In this document: positions 7,159-16,808 of the stretch, piece after piece
Numbering within the stretch: position 1 is the stretch's first letter
How the letters are laid out: each line of letters starts with the position of its first letter
Assembly (NCBI GenBank): GCA_049303675.1
Contig: JBAQNJ010000001.1
Span: forward strand, 344,711 to 408,710
Direction of reading: 5' to 3'
Length of the DNA: 64,000 bases
Origin: Microgenomates group bacterium
GTDB lineage: Bacteria > Patescibacteriota > Microgenomatia > UBA12405
Notes under the pieces: generated by a model
What the model was told of the DNA's origin: nothing
Databases searched by the model: none
Seen by the model: the letters and a program-made list of their open reading frames with translations, nothing else
Program-made: the position numbers and the translations under genes

Positions 7159-9492
7159 TCACAGTTTCGCTCTCTTACCAATATCACTCTCCACAATCTC
7201 TCTCGGTCTCCCATATTTTAGACTCGACAATTTTTTAATCATCGCTGCCAATTCTGGATTCCCCGGTTTTTTTATTTCATCAGCCGTAATGTTGAGGGAG
7301 AATGGGGATTGAGGTATTCCATTGACCATAGTCTTCAAATAAGTGTGTCCTACTGGCAAATTCAGCAAATCATGTTCGTTAAATTCTGGCTTAAATTGGT
7401 TTACTAAGAAGCTGGCATCCGAGATACCTACTCGGAAGCTACAAATCGACCCCACGTTTCCAAAGACAGCGTTTTTAATCTCATCATCCATTTGGGAGAT
7501 AAACTGGTTGCCCACCGTCAAATTCAAGTGATATTTTCGCGCCTCTGACATGATCACCGCAAAGTCTTGAGTGGCAAAGTTTTGGAACTCATCCACGTAC
7601 AAATAAAAATCTTTTCGTAGTGGCTCTGGCGTGTCCTGCCGGCTCATAGCCGCAATCAGTATTTTGGGAATTAGCACCAGTCCGAGGAAGGCGGAGTTTT
7701 CTTCGCCGATACTTCCCTTGGCCAAATTAATAATCAGTATTTTCCCCTCATCCATGGCAGTGCGAAAATTAAACGAGCTCGTCGATTGTCCAATAATATT
7801 TCGCATCATGGTGTTGGTGATGAACCGTCCAAATTTAGAGACGATATAATCGAGCACTTCTGATTTATGAAACTCATTAGTGTTGGCAATTTGATCTGTC
7901 CAATAGCGTTTGACCATCGGGTCGTGAACTTTGGGCAATAATTGTTGGACAAATGATGGGTCAGTCAGACAGCGGACTATTTCAATAAAAGTCGCCCCAG
8001 GTTCGGCCATTACCGTCAACATAATATTACGGATAGCATGTTCAAACCGCGGTCCGACAATCCCTGTTTTGTACGGATCATACAGTTTATACATCAGGTT
8101 AATAATCGAGCTAGTCACAAAATCTTTTTGGTCTTCCCGCTCGCATTCCATCACATTAAATCCCATTGGTCTATCCACCATCCCTGGGTCAAAATAAATT
8201 ACATCCTCTACTCTTTCTGGTGGTATCCGCTCCAGTATCATTTCATAGGTATCATGAGGATCAATAAAACACACCCCCTTGCCCGCCTTAATATCTTGCA
8301 GTGCCATGTTGGCCAGTAGCCACGACTTTCCTACCCCAGTTTGCCCCACGATATAAAAGTGTCGTTGTCGGTCTTTGGTAGTGATATGGAATTTCTTTTT
8401 TATTCCTCGATAATGATTTTCTCCTATATATATCCCCTCAGCCGGGCTATCGGTGGGTGCTGGGGCATTCTTGGATTTTAGCCAATAAATATTTGGGGTT
8501 TGAATAGTTTTGTTGGGGAAGTGGAATATCGAGGCCACCTCATCCGCCGACAAAATAGTTTTATTTTTATACCAATAAATAATTGGGTATTTATAAATAT
8601 AATCGTCCAAAAACAATTTTTTCACCCAAATTTTTCGCGACGATAATTTACTCCATGGTGATTCAAATTGAGAAAAGCTGGCCTTAATATTCGACAAATT
8701 TCTCTTGGCTATTTCTTCGGTCGGGGCAAACGAGACTATTCGTATGGCAGTTTCAAATCCCACCCGACTCGACTTGCTATCAATCGCCTCCAGTTGCCTC
8801 GCATCTACTTTGTAGCTCGCTTTTTCCGGATTAGCCTCCGCTTTTTTGGTACTGGCCACAAAACCTTTACCATTTTTGGCCCACATCCCGTCAGTTGGTG
8901 ACAGCACTAGTTGTATGGCCACACTTTCGTTTGGACTCAGCTTCGACAGGGCCGAGGTCATCGCCGACAGGGGATCAGTGGCTATTTCTCGGTATGTTTT
9001 TAGGGGAATATAGGGTGCCTTTTTAATTCCCATCCACGCATACTCCGCCCTACCTTCCTCCGGATAGATATTTGGCTCTTCCACTTCCTCCACATTGGCC
9101 CCCGCATAGACGCTATAAATTTGTTTCTCTATAAAATCTTGGGTCTTTTTCGGTACACAGACATAAAATTTTATGTCCTCATTAGTACCAATTATTTCTA
9201 GCGACACGCTTGGTTGGGCCTGAAATCTTTGAAAAATTTTGAATTTAGCACTTTTATAGAGACTACCCATTGATCCAATAATCTGCTCCATGGCATCAAT
9301 TTTTATCTCATTATCCTCGGGCACAGCCACGAGTAGTGTTACCATCTCTAGGGCTTTTTCTTCACGATCCCGCCACTTGTACCACAGTACGAAGGCCGCT
9401 CCCAGTAGCCACAAGAGTAGGCCCACTAGGACTACTAGCATCATTACCATCAGAGCATTGGTAGCATAGGTCACCACTATATCTGTATTCAT
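7159..9492 (-). CDS. TraG/VirD4-like type IV coupling-protein-family ATPase (two N-terminal TM helices plus FtsK/HerA-type P-loop)
   Basis: 777 aa; N-terminal hydrophobic helices; Walker A GQTGVGKS; Walker B LYVDEFQNF; size and architecture typical of T4CP / DUF87 ATPases. Confidence 0.5.
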   Translation of the reverse strand: MNTDIVVTYATNALMVMMLVVLVGLLLWLLGAAFVLWYKWRDREEKALEMVTLLVAVPEDNEIKIDAMEQIIGSMGSLYKSAKFKIFQRFQAQPSVSLEIIGTNEDIKFYVCVPKKTQDFIEKQIYSVYAGANVEEVEEPNIYPEEGRAEYAWMGIKKAPYIPLKTYREIATDPLSAMTSALSKLSPNESVAIQLVLSPTDGMWAKNGKGFVASTKKAEANPEKASYKVDARQLEAIDSKSSRVGFETAIRIVSFAPTEEIAKRNLSNIKASFSQFESPWSKLSSRKIWVKKLFLDDYIYKYPIIYWYKNKTILSADEVASIFHFPNKTIQTPNIYWLKSKNAPAPTDSPAEGIYIGENHYRGIKKKFHITTKDRQRHFYIVGQTGVGKSWLLANMALQDIKAGKGVCFIDPHDTYEMILERIPPERVEDVIYFDPGMVDRPMGFNVMECEREDQKDFVTSSIINLMYKLYDPYKTGIVGPRFEHAIRNIMLTVMAEPGATFIEIVRCLTDPSFVQQLLPKVHDPMVKRYWTDQIANTNEFHKSEVLDYIVSKFGRFITNTMMRNIIGQSTSSFNFRTAMDEGKILIINLAKGSIGEENSAFLGLVLIPKILIAAMSRQDTPEPLRKDFYLYVDEFQNFATQDFAVIMSEARKYHLNLTVGNQFISQMDDEIKNAVFGNVGSICSFRVGISDASFLVNQFKPEFNEHDLLNLPVGHTYLKTMVNGIPQSPFSLNITADEIKKPGNPELAAMIKKLSSLKYGRPREIVESDIGKRAKL

Positions 9493-9872
9493 TCTTGTTT
9501 AAATTTTACATTACCTTTGTGCTTTTTTATTATTTTTAGCAAAAATGCTGACAGCCACATCCCCGTATCTGCCACTGTTTTTTGCAACCCTTCCAGAAAC
9601 GTTTTCCGAGTTGAGGGTAATATAATTCTTGGATCTTGTGTCGGGCTAGGTGTCAACATCGGAGTACCTGTATCATCGTGGACAGTTTTCATTTGAGTAG
9701 GGTCTTGTTCAATTTTTTGCAGCCAAGTTTTTATCTCAGTTGGTACCCTCGCGTTTGTTTCCCGTAGATCCTGCAATCCCTCGTGTTGTCCACGTTGTTC
9801 TATTCTGTTTTCAGATTTATCAATTCCGATTTCGAGTTTCTCGTTTCTCGTTTCTATTTTGGACTCTGCCAT
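9489..9872 (-). CDS. hypothetical protein, translationally coupled upstream of the ATPase
   Basis: 127 aa; 4-nt overlap with 7159-9492. Confidence 0.35.
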   Translation of the reverse strand: MAESKIETRNEKLEIGIDKSENRIEQRGQHEGLQDLRETNARVPTEIKTWLQKIEQDPTQMKTVHDDTGTPMLTPSPTQDPRIILPSTRKTFLEGLQKTVADTGMWLSAFLLKIIKKHKGNVKFKQE

Positions 9873-9907
9873 GTTTTAAGTATAAACCAAACTTCCTCTT
9901 TTCGTAG

Positions 9908-11032
9908 TTGTTATACTACTTTATTATGGCTCAAAACTATTCTTCCCGTGGCACCCCAGTTGTCACTATCTTGGCCATCGCTTTTCTGATTTTTTTGTCT
10001 GTCTGGTTTGTTCGCGGTGAATCATTTCGTCTCTACGCCAGCCTTTTTTTTGGACTCTATTATCTGACCAAGACTTCGTGGTTGTCAATTATTTTAGTTA
10101 GCATTGTTCAAAACATTTTTTTTCTGCCTTTTCGGATTATCTCTGAGCGTTTTTATGTCGATTTGAAGGATTTTGAACACGAACTCACCAAGTCGAAGGG
10201 GGACGAGCAGTCTTTTGTCTTGAAGAAGCAAATCCGCTCTGGTAACCTCTCGGTTATTTTTTACATCATCAATTTCGTTCTCTTCTTTATCGCCTTTATC
10301 TCGGCCGGCCGAGTCTTTTTCTTGGAGTTTTACCACACCCCCATTGCCCAGCACTGGCTCTATTCTTGGGTGCCTTACCCCACTTATCCACTGCAAGGAG
10401 TCATTTTTAATTTTCCTTTCTTTAGGGCCACTGGTACTTTTGCTCTGGAGTGGTGGACTATTGCCAAAATTTGGCTAATTCCCATTGGCATTCTCGCCCT
10501 TATCCGCATACTCTGGCGACTTATCAAACCCTTTATTTCCGGTAATCAAAAATTGTTGGAGACTCGTATCGGTATCAATCGTTTCAAACTCCTTACCTCT
10601 GGTTTTATGGGCACCATTTTTATTTTATCTCTCTATTTTTTCCGTCATGTTCCTACCGGTATTCAGTTTTATTGGCTCTCGGCCGATTTAAGTAAACAAA
10701 ATACAGTTTTCAATATTATCACTGCTATCTGTACAGCCTTTGCAGCAGTCTATGCTGGGGCTCAGCACAACAAAGAGACATCCATTGAGGCTCGCGTTCG
10801 CGGCATCCCCGAAGACATAATTACCCGAGTCAATCACGCCTATCTGCGCCAAAGTGTCAAAAATGGCATACTGCTTGGCATTTCCGCACTCATTGTTACC
10901 CGTCTTATGCCCTGTTCCCACGACTTATCAGTTCTGGCGTTCGAAGCACTCTATTTAATGTCCCCCATTACCTTTGATCTTCTAATTCCCAAAAAACGTG
11001 ATCGTCCTGTTCCTGCTACCACATCAACATAA
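9908..11032 (+). CDS. polytopic membrane protein, function unknown
   Basis: 374 aa with at least 8 hydrophobic segments; weak YidC-like N-terminal resemblance but no conserved insertase core seen. Confidence 0.35.
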   Translation: MLYYFIMAQNYSSRGTPVVTILAIAFLIFLSVWFVRGESFRLYASLFFGLYYLTKTSWLSIILVSIVQNIFFLPFRIISERFYVDLKDFEHELTKSKGDEQSFVLKKQIRSGNLSVIFYIINFVLFFIAFISAGRVFFLEFYHTPIAQHWLYSWVPYPTYPLQGVIFNFPFFRATGTFALEWWTIAKIWLIPIGILALIRILWRLIKPFISGNQKLLETRIGINRFKLLTSGFMGTIFILSLYFFRHVPTGIQFYWLSADLSKQNTVFNIITAICTAFAAVYAGAQHNKETSIEARVRGIPEDIITRVNHAYLRQSVKNGILLGISALIVTRLMPCSHDLSVLAFEALYLMSPITFDLLIPKKRDRPVPATTST

Positions 11033-11201
11033 TCTACTACTAGTCTCTATCTATCGGCCAAATTACAATTCCAAATTCATTCGTAATTCGCCTGTGCCCA
11101 TTTGGGTATAATTATTAATTCGTAATTAATTTATACGTCCCGATTCACCATATACTCCGCCACGGCAGAATGATATATTCATCATGTCCGACTAAACTTC
11201 T

Positions 11202-12251
11202 ATGGTAGACACAGACTTCATCAGTATTCTCAAAAATTATCGTGATTTAGTTTCCCCAGTAGTTCTCCGTTACCTAAGTGAATCACTCCAGTTTCCACAG
11301 TATTGTCAAATTGATCCAGCACACCAAGCAGAATTAGATTTCCAAGAAAAATTAATTAGTGAATATCCCCGTAGATTTGGTAAATATCTTCGCCCTTCTC
11401 TGGTCATGGCTACTGCGTTGGCCATGGGAGCCAAAACCGAAGCTGTTTTATTGACCGCTGCTGCCATGCAATTATCTGAGGAATGGATTCTCATTCACGA
11501 TGATATTGAAGATGATTCCGAGGAGAGACGTGGCTCACCTACACTTCAAAAGTTATTCAATGTTCCCCTTGCCGTCAACGCTGGCGATGCCCTACATGTC
11601 ATTATGTGGAAAATAATTGGAGATATTGATAACAAAAAAGTTTTCAATGAATTCTATCAACTGTTAAATCGGACAACTCTTGGCCAGACTATTGATATTC
11701 ATTGGAATACCCAAAACAAACTTGACATTACCGATGAAGACATTTTTCTAATACTTGAAAGCAAAACTTGCTATTACACCATTTCTGGTCCTATGAGGCT
11801 GGGAGCAATAGTTGCAGGATCTACCGATTCTCAACTAAATACAATATATCTATTTGGGCGATATCTTGGTCGTGCCTTTCAAATAATCGACGACATCCTC
11901 GACCTAACCTCTGATTTTGCCGGACTCAAAAAACAATCATTTAATGATATATACGAAGGCAAACGGACAATTCCTTTATCTCACCTATTAAAATTAGCCA
12001 ACGCTGAGGAATTATCCACTATCAAAAGTATTTATTCTAAGACTCGTGCTCAAAAATCAGAATCAGAGGTAGCTACAATAATTAATTTAATGAATAAATA
12101 TCATACTATTGATTCTGCCCGTGACATGGCCAAAAATTTTGCTCAAGCAGCCAAAAAAATGTTAAATGAAAAAATGTCTTTTATAAGAATTGAGCCGTAT
12201 CGTCATCAGCTTGAGACCGCAATTGATTTTATCGTCTCTCGCGACCATTAG
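11202..12251 (+). CDS. polyprenyl (isoprenyl) diphosphate synthase
   Basis: First DDxxD (ILIHDDIEDD) and second DDxxD (FQIIDDILD) motifs at the correct spacing. Confidence 0.8.
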   Translation: MVDTDFISILKNYRDLVSPVVLRYLSESLQFPQYCQIDPAHQAELDFQEKLISEYPRRFGKYLRPSLVMATALAMGAKTEAVLLTAAAMQLSEEWILIHDDIEDDSEERRGSPTLQKLFNVPLAVNAGDALHVIMWKIIGDIDNKKVFNEFYQLLNRTTLGQTIDIHWNTQNKLDITDEDIFLILESKTCYYTISGPMRLGAIVAGSTDSQLNTIYLFGRYLGRAFQIIDDILDLTSDFAGLKKQSFNDIYEGKRTIPLSHLLKLANAEELSTIKSIYSKTRAQKSESEVATIINLMNKYHTIDSARDMAKNFAQAAKKMLNEKMSFIRIEPYRHQLETAIDFIVSRDH

Positions 12252-12333
12252 TCACAAATTTCATCAATGTGTCTTTTGCATTCATAGGTATTTAGTCGAA
12301 TTTCACTATCATATCATTTGAATTTCATTATTG

Positions 12334-12366
12334 TCTGTTAAATTCTGTTAAATTGTTAAATTTTCC
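12334..12366 (+). repeat. TCTGTTAAATT direct-repeat motif, copy R2 (upstream of 12392 CDS)
   Basis: tctgttaaattctgttaaattgttaaattttcc. Confidence 0.6.
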
Positions 12367-12391
12367 TTTCTTTTTCTGTTATTCTTAATTA

Positions 12392-13579
12392 ATGCCTCAG
12401 AAAAAACCGGAGTATACAGTCACTTTTGGTGGCTGGTACCAGCGCACTACTCTTCATCTCACCGAAATTTATGATCTCTTCGCTCTCGGCCGTTCTGGGC
12501 TCAAGTTAGACTCTCAGAAACTCCAAGAATTACATCAAAATCTCAAATTTGTCTCCGTCACTCGCGAATGGGGAGATTTAGAATATATCGTTTGTCAGAC
12601 TCGGGAAGGTATTGCCGTCCGCTATTACGAAGACGGACTTTATGTCCTCTCCCTCAATACCAGCGATATTGCCGCCGGCCAACATACTCTTCGTCATTAT
12701 TTTGACACTTGTCTTTCTCCCGCTATTTCCTACATATTTTCTCTTGGCGCCCCCACTCCCAAAATTCTCGCCAAAATCAAACCCGATCACCCATTCGTTG
12801 TTTCGAGTATTAGCTCCCCTTCTTCAAGGGGAGGTGGTCGCCTCAGGCGACCGGAGGGGTTTGGTCCCATTTATTCCCAAATTACCAGTTCTCATATTAC
12901 AGTCTCCAAAACACCATCCACAATTTACATTTTTTCCCCCTCAAATTTTTCTCACCTTCGCGACTTAATTGAAATGCAAATATTCTTCCGTGAGTTCAAA
13001 GATCAGCTCCATCGTTACCTCAACCTTCACCGAGAAATCTGGGAAGAAATTTCCGATATCAAGGAGAGGGGAGTTATCATCGGTACCCAAATTGAGACCC
13101 TTCGTTCCCGCCTCGACTCCTATCAGAAGACTATCAATCTCATCAAAAGTCGCCTCAATCAAATGGGCGCCTATGTCCACACCCGCGCCTCTCTGGCTCG
13201 CAAGTTGTCTCTCGAAGATCAACTGGCTTCTGTTTTCCAATACAAGTTCGAGACTCTCTCCGATACTCATTCTTATGTTCAGGAAATTTGGAAAATGACT
13301 CAGGATTATGTCGAAACGGCCATTGCTGTGGTCAATGAAGTCAAGGGTCGCAGTAGTAGCAACGGTATCAATTCTCTTCGACTAATCACCACCATTGGTG
13401 TCCTCTCGGGTATTTTTAGTTATTTGAGCAAGGATACTTTTCCCGTTTTTACCTGGATCGGTCTCTGGTACTTTCTCATTTTAGTTATCGGTACCTATCT
13501 TATTGATCAATTAGTTTCCTCAACTTACAAAAAATATCGTTATCAACTCAAGTTCGCCAACAATCAGGGAATTAAATGA
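12392..13579 (+). CDS. hypothetical protein with C-terminal TM helices, carrying an in-frame insertion of GC-hairpin element copy B
   Basis: 395 aa ORF; residues SSRGGGRLRRPEGFG are the translation of the 12825-12862 element. Confidence 0.4.
   Translation: MPQKKPEYTVTFGGWYQRTTLHLTEIYDLFALGRSGLKLDSQKLQELHQNLKFVSVTREWGDLEYIVCQTREGIAVRYYEDGLYVLSLNTSDIAAGQHTLRHYFDTCLSPAISYIFSLGAPTPKILAKIKPDHPFVVSSISSPSSRGGGRLRRPEGFGPIYSQITSSHITVSKTPSTIYIFSPSNFSHLRDLIEMQIFFREFKDQLHRYLNLHREIWEEISDIKERGVIIGTQIETLRSRLDSYQKTINLIKSRLNQMGAYVHTRASLARKLSLEDQLASVFQYKFETLSDTHSYVQEIWKMTQDYVETAIAVVNEVKGRSSSNGINSLRLITTIGVLSGIFSYLSKDTFPVFTWIGLWYFLILVIGTYLIDQLVSSTYKKYRYQLKFANNQGIK
12825..12862. repeat. GC-rich hairpin element copy B (caaggggagg-TGGTCGCCTCAGGCGACC-ggaggggttt), inside a CDS
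   Basis: Same mirror G-rich arms as copy A; central hairpin sequence differs but its pairing is preserved. Confidence 0.6.
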
Positions 13580-14685
13580 ATTCTGTTAAATTTTTAAATT
13601 CTGTTAAATTTTCTCAGTTTTTTCCCGCCATCTTTCTCATGTTCATGGGCACTGTTGGTTCAGGTATCTTTGTCCTGCCCTATTTATTTTCTCAGTCCAA
13701 TTTTATTTTTGCCTCGGTTTTTTTAGTCTTTCTGACTATCATCACTGCAGTTCTTAACCAGTTTTATGTCGCAATTGTCACCACTACTGCTGGCGATCAC
13801 CAGCTCTCTGGCTATGCCCAAAAATATTTAGGTCATCGCTTTGGACTTCTCGCCAGTCTCAACTTATTGATTCTTGCCTTTGGCGCCATTTTGGCCTATT
13901 CCAAGCTCTTTTCCGGCTTTACCCTAGTCGTTTTTCCCAATTTCTCTATTTATCTAATCTCTTTTTTATATTTATTAATCATTTTTGTTTTATTTTATTT
14001 TCACCAAATTTTATCCAAAAATATATTTCTCCTCATCCCCATTTTTATTTTAGTGGTTCCCATATTTCTTTATTTTTATTCTTTTAACTATCCACTATTA
14101 ACTATTAACTATTCACTATCAATTACCCCCTCCTTCTCCTTCTTTGGTCCTCTTCTCTTTGCCCTTTCTGGATTTACCATTATTCCCGAGGTCAGGGAAA
14201 CTCTCGGTACTCCCAAAAAGTTGTCACTAGTTGTTACCCTTGGGTTACTCTTAGTAGCCATCATTTATTTTCTCTTCGCTTTTTCTATTATCCGACTAAG
14301 TGGCGACTCCCTGAATATCGATTCGGTTACTGGGCTAGCCACCTCTTTTCCCTTATTAGCCAAATTAATCGCCATTTTTGGCATGGTAATTACTCTCCGA
14401 TCCACGGTAAACTTTATGGTCATTTTACGCGAGTTATTTTATCGTGATCTCAAGGTATCTTTACCCATAGCCAATCTATTACCATCACTCTTTCCCTTGT
14501 TGGGTTTGTTGCTGACAACAGTTTCTCTACTGACTGTCATCTCTTTGACTGGCCATTTTACTATTTTCGTCTCAGCCCTAGTTATTTGTCTTATCCGTCT
14601 GCGGCTTCCCCATAGCTTTTGGACAGAGTTTTGGGCAATATTAATTATGCTAACCCTTACCCTCGGATTAGTCATTGCCCTATGA
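13576..14685 (+). CDS. polytopic membrane transporter (APC/amino-acid-permease-like); true start probably 13639
   Basis: About 11 hydrophobic segments; GSGIFVLPY motif near the N-terminus. Confidence 0.4.
   Translation: MNSVKFLNSVKFSQFFPAIFLMFMGTVGSGIFVLPYLFSQSNFIFASVFLVFLTIITAVLNQFYVAIVTTTAGDHQLSGYAQKYLGHRFGLLASLNLLILAFGAILAYSKLFSGFTLVVFPNFSIYLISFLYLLIIFVLFYFHQILSKNIFLLIPIFILVVPIFLYFYSFNYPLLTINYSLSITPSFSFFGPLLFALSGFTIIPEVRETLGTPKKLSLVVTLGLLLVAIIYFLFAFSIIRLSGDSLNIDSVTGLATSFPLLAKLIAIFGMVITLRSTVNFMVILRELFYRDLKVSLPIANLLPSLFPLLGLLLTTVSLLTVISLTGHFTIFVSALVICLIRLRLPHSFWTEFWAILIMLTLTLGLVIAL
13582..13615 (+). repeat. TCTGTTAAATT direct-repeat motif, copy R3
   Basis: ttctgttaaatttttaaattctgttaaattttctc; lies in the annotated 5' end of ORF 13576-14685, whose real start is probably ATG 13639. 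Confidence 0.6.
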
Positions 14686-15881
14686 AATTCAAAAAAATCT
14701 TATTTACTGCCGGCGCCATGCTCTTTTTTTGGTCAATTTATGATGGCATTATTTCCTACTTAGTCCCTGTTTTTATTACCAATCGCGGCTACAGCAACTC
14801 GGTCGTCGGCCTACTTATTTCCCTCTCAGCTATTTCTGGTGCCATTTTTGACATTATCATCAGCAAGTTTATTCGGGGGGCGCACTATCTCAAATATTTT
14901 CTCCTCGTCTTTATCCTCAGTTTTGCTATGCCACTTGTCCTCTGGTCAGCCTCGACTATTTCTCTTTTTATACTCGCCATGGCCATGTGGGGACTCTATT
15001 ATGACCTGATGAATTTTGGTATTTTCGATTTGGCCAGCCGCATCTCACAGAAGCATGAGCACACCAAAAATATCAGCATCATCGGTGTTTTCAAAACCGT
15101 CGGCTATTTTATTGGTCCGCCACTAATTGCCTACATTATTACTTTTAGCTCCGTCTCCCTTACACCCATTGCTCCAATTTATATCTTTCTAATTATCGCC
15201 GCAATTATCTATATCATTTTATTTTCCCTTACTGATGCTCGGGATTTTATCCGTCCAGTCACCTATCGCGAATCTCATGTTTATTGGTTCAAAGAATTAA
15301 TTGTCTGGAAAAAATTGGCCAAAGTCCTCTTACCAGTGCTTATCTTCAACATCCTCTTTTACATTTTTGAGGCTACTTTTTGGACTCTTGGACCTATTTT
15401 TTCCCAGCAGTTTCCCGACTCCCAGCATTTTAGCGGCTTGTTTATGATTGTCTACGTTTTGCCGGCGGTTATCGCCGCTGGTTTTGCTGAGAAAATTACC
15501 GGTTGGTTTGGCAAGAAGCGGACAGCTTATGTTGCTTTTATTATTTCCAATTTGTTTCTCATTCCCCTCGGTCCTTTTGCTACTCCGACACTTATCTTAG
15601 TATTAGTATTTATTTCCACTATCGCCGGTTCCCTGGCGTGGTCGGCTATCAGTGGTGCTTTTGTTGATTATTTATCCGAGACAGATTTGTATGACAGTGA
15701 AATCATTGGGCTCAAAGATTTTTCAGCCAACACGGGCTATATCTTGGGGCCAATTTTAGCTGGAGTCATTTCTGATATTGTCGGCATCAGCTACACCTTC
15801 ACCATATTGGGAATTATCAATATATTGGTAGTTATCTATCTTTTTTCCATCACTCCCAAAAATATTGTTATTCCTGACTGA
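14682..15881 (+). CDS. MFS-type transporter
   Basis: 12 predicted TM helices; ATG 14682 overlaps the upstream stop (ATGA). Confidence 0.5.
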   Translation: MKFKKILFTAGAMLFFWSIYDGIISYLVPVFITNRGYSNSVVGLLISLSAISGAIFDIIISKFIRGAHYLKYFLLVFILSFAMPLVLWSASTISLFILAMAMWGLYYDLMNFGIFDLASRISQKHEHTKNISIIGVFKTVGYFIGPPLIAYIITFSSVSLTPIAPIYIFLIIAAIIYIILFSLTDARDFIRPVTYRESHVYWFKELIVWKKLAKVLLPVLIFNILFYIFEATFWTLGPIFSQQFPDSQHFSGLFMIVYVLPAVIAAGFAEKITGWFGKKRTAYVAFIISNLFLIPLGPFATPTLILVLVFISTIAGSLAWSAISGAFVDYLSETDLYDSEIIGLKDFSANTGYILGPILAGVISDIVGISYTFTILGIINILVVIYLFSITPKNIVIPD

Positions 15882-15922
15882 TACAGATTGACCCTGTAGA
15901 AATATCTGGTACAATATAGGAT

Positions 15923-16252
15923 ATGGCAAAAAGAAGAAGTCCAGAGCAAATAGAATCAGCAAATAAGATCGATACCTTTGTCAGGATTATTAAAAGTGCT
16001 GAACACCGTCTCCCCAATTATATTGAATCAGGTGACATCGAAGGTGCCACTGCTGGTATTGTTGTTCGTAATTGGTTTGCTGCATGCGCCCACGTCGAAA
16101 GGGGACGAGCCACACTCACTGGACTTGTTCCAGGTACAGAATTAGATGTACTCAAAGATGCTGGATCGGCAGTAGTCAATGTCCTCCTTATTCCAGTTGA
16201 AGCCAGTGTCTTTGCTATTAGGGCCGCAGGACATATCATTCCGAAAAAGTAA
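15923..16252 (+). CDS. hypothetical protein
   Basis: 109 aa ORF. Confidence 0.3.
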   Translation: MAKRRSPEQIESANKIDTFVRIIKSAEHRLPNYIESGDIEGATAGIVVRNWFAACAHVERGRATLTGLVPGTELDVLKDAGSAVVNVLLIPVEASVFAIRAAGHIIPKK

Positions 16253-16267
16253 AATCAAGGGAAACTA

Positions 16268-16783
16268 TTATCCCTTCATAGCCTCGTCTGCCGCATTTCT
16301 TTGATCTATATCCACCCAATATAATTTGCCGCGATCACTTTCTATCCCCTTCAACCAAAACCGATTCCTACTTCCCTGAGCATCCTTCAGTCTTGCCATT
16401 GTCTCTAGAGTATCCTTCCTTGGAAATTCATATGCCGGCCCTATTTGATTTAGCGCCTCCATTCTAGCTATATGTTTCTCATGAATATACATAAACCTGC
16501 CCGCTCTTCCGTCTTCATCTTCACTCCGCTTAACCAATTTCTTTATCGGTCCTGTTCCATATTCCACCACTTCGTCTAGTGCCGATAAAGCCGTCAAATT
16601 ACCCTGTGCCAACCCCATCCCCGGAATTCTGGCCAAAATATCATCAGCAGTCAGTGCGACATTACTTTCATTCATTATTCTCTTGATTTCTTGGCCATAA
16701 TATTGTCGTCTCTCGTATTCTCTCCTTTGTTTACTAATTATTGCCATATTCGCTATATTACCACACCCATATATTTCATCCAA
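16268..16783 (-). CDS. hypothetical protein
   Basis: 171 aa ORF. Confidence 0.35.
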   Translation of the reverse strand: MDEIYGCGNIANMAIISKQRREYERRQYYGQEIKRIMNESNVALTADDILARIPGMGLAQGNLTALSALDEVVEYGTGPIKKLVKRSEDEDGRAGRFMYIHEKHIARMEALNQIGPAYEFPRKDTLETMARLKDAQGSRNRFWLKGIESDRGKLYWVDIDQRNAADEAMKG

Positions 16784-16808
16784 TTACAATATGCTTATCT
16801 CCCTTTTT

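Noticed and set aside
7343-8901. Plus-strand ORFs inside 7159-9492
   Set aside because: Antisense to the large ATPase gene, which has clear Walker motifs in its own frame.
9908-11032. YidC membrane-insertase assignment
   Set aside because: Only a weak TM1-region resemblance; the conserved YidC core motifs were not found, so it is left as a generic membrane protein.
12578-13298. Several small ORFs overlapping CDS 12392-13579 in other frames
   Set aside because: Nested in or antisense to a longer ORF with consistent codon usage; no motifs.
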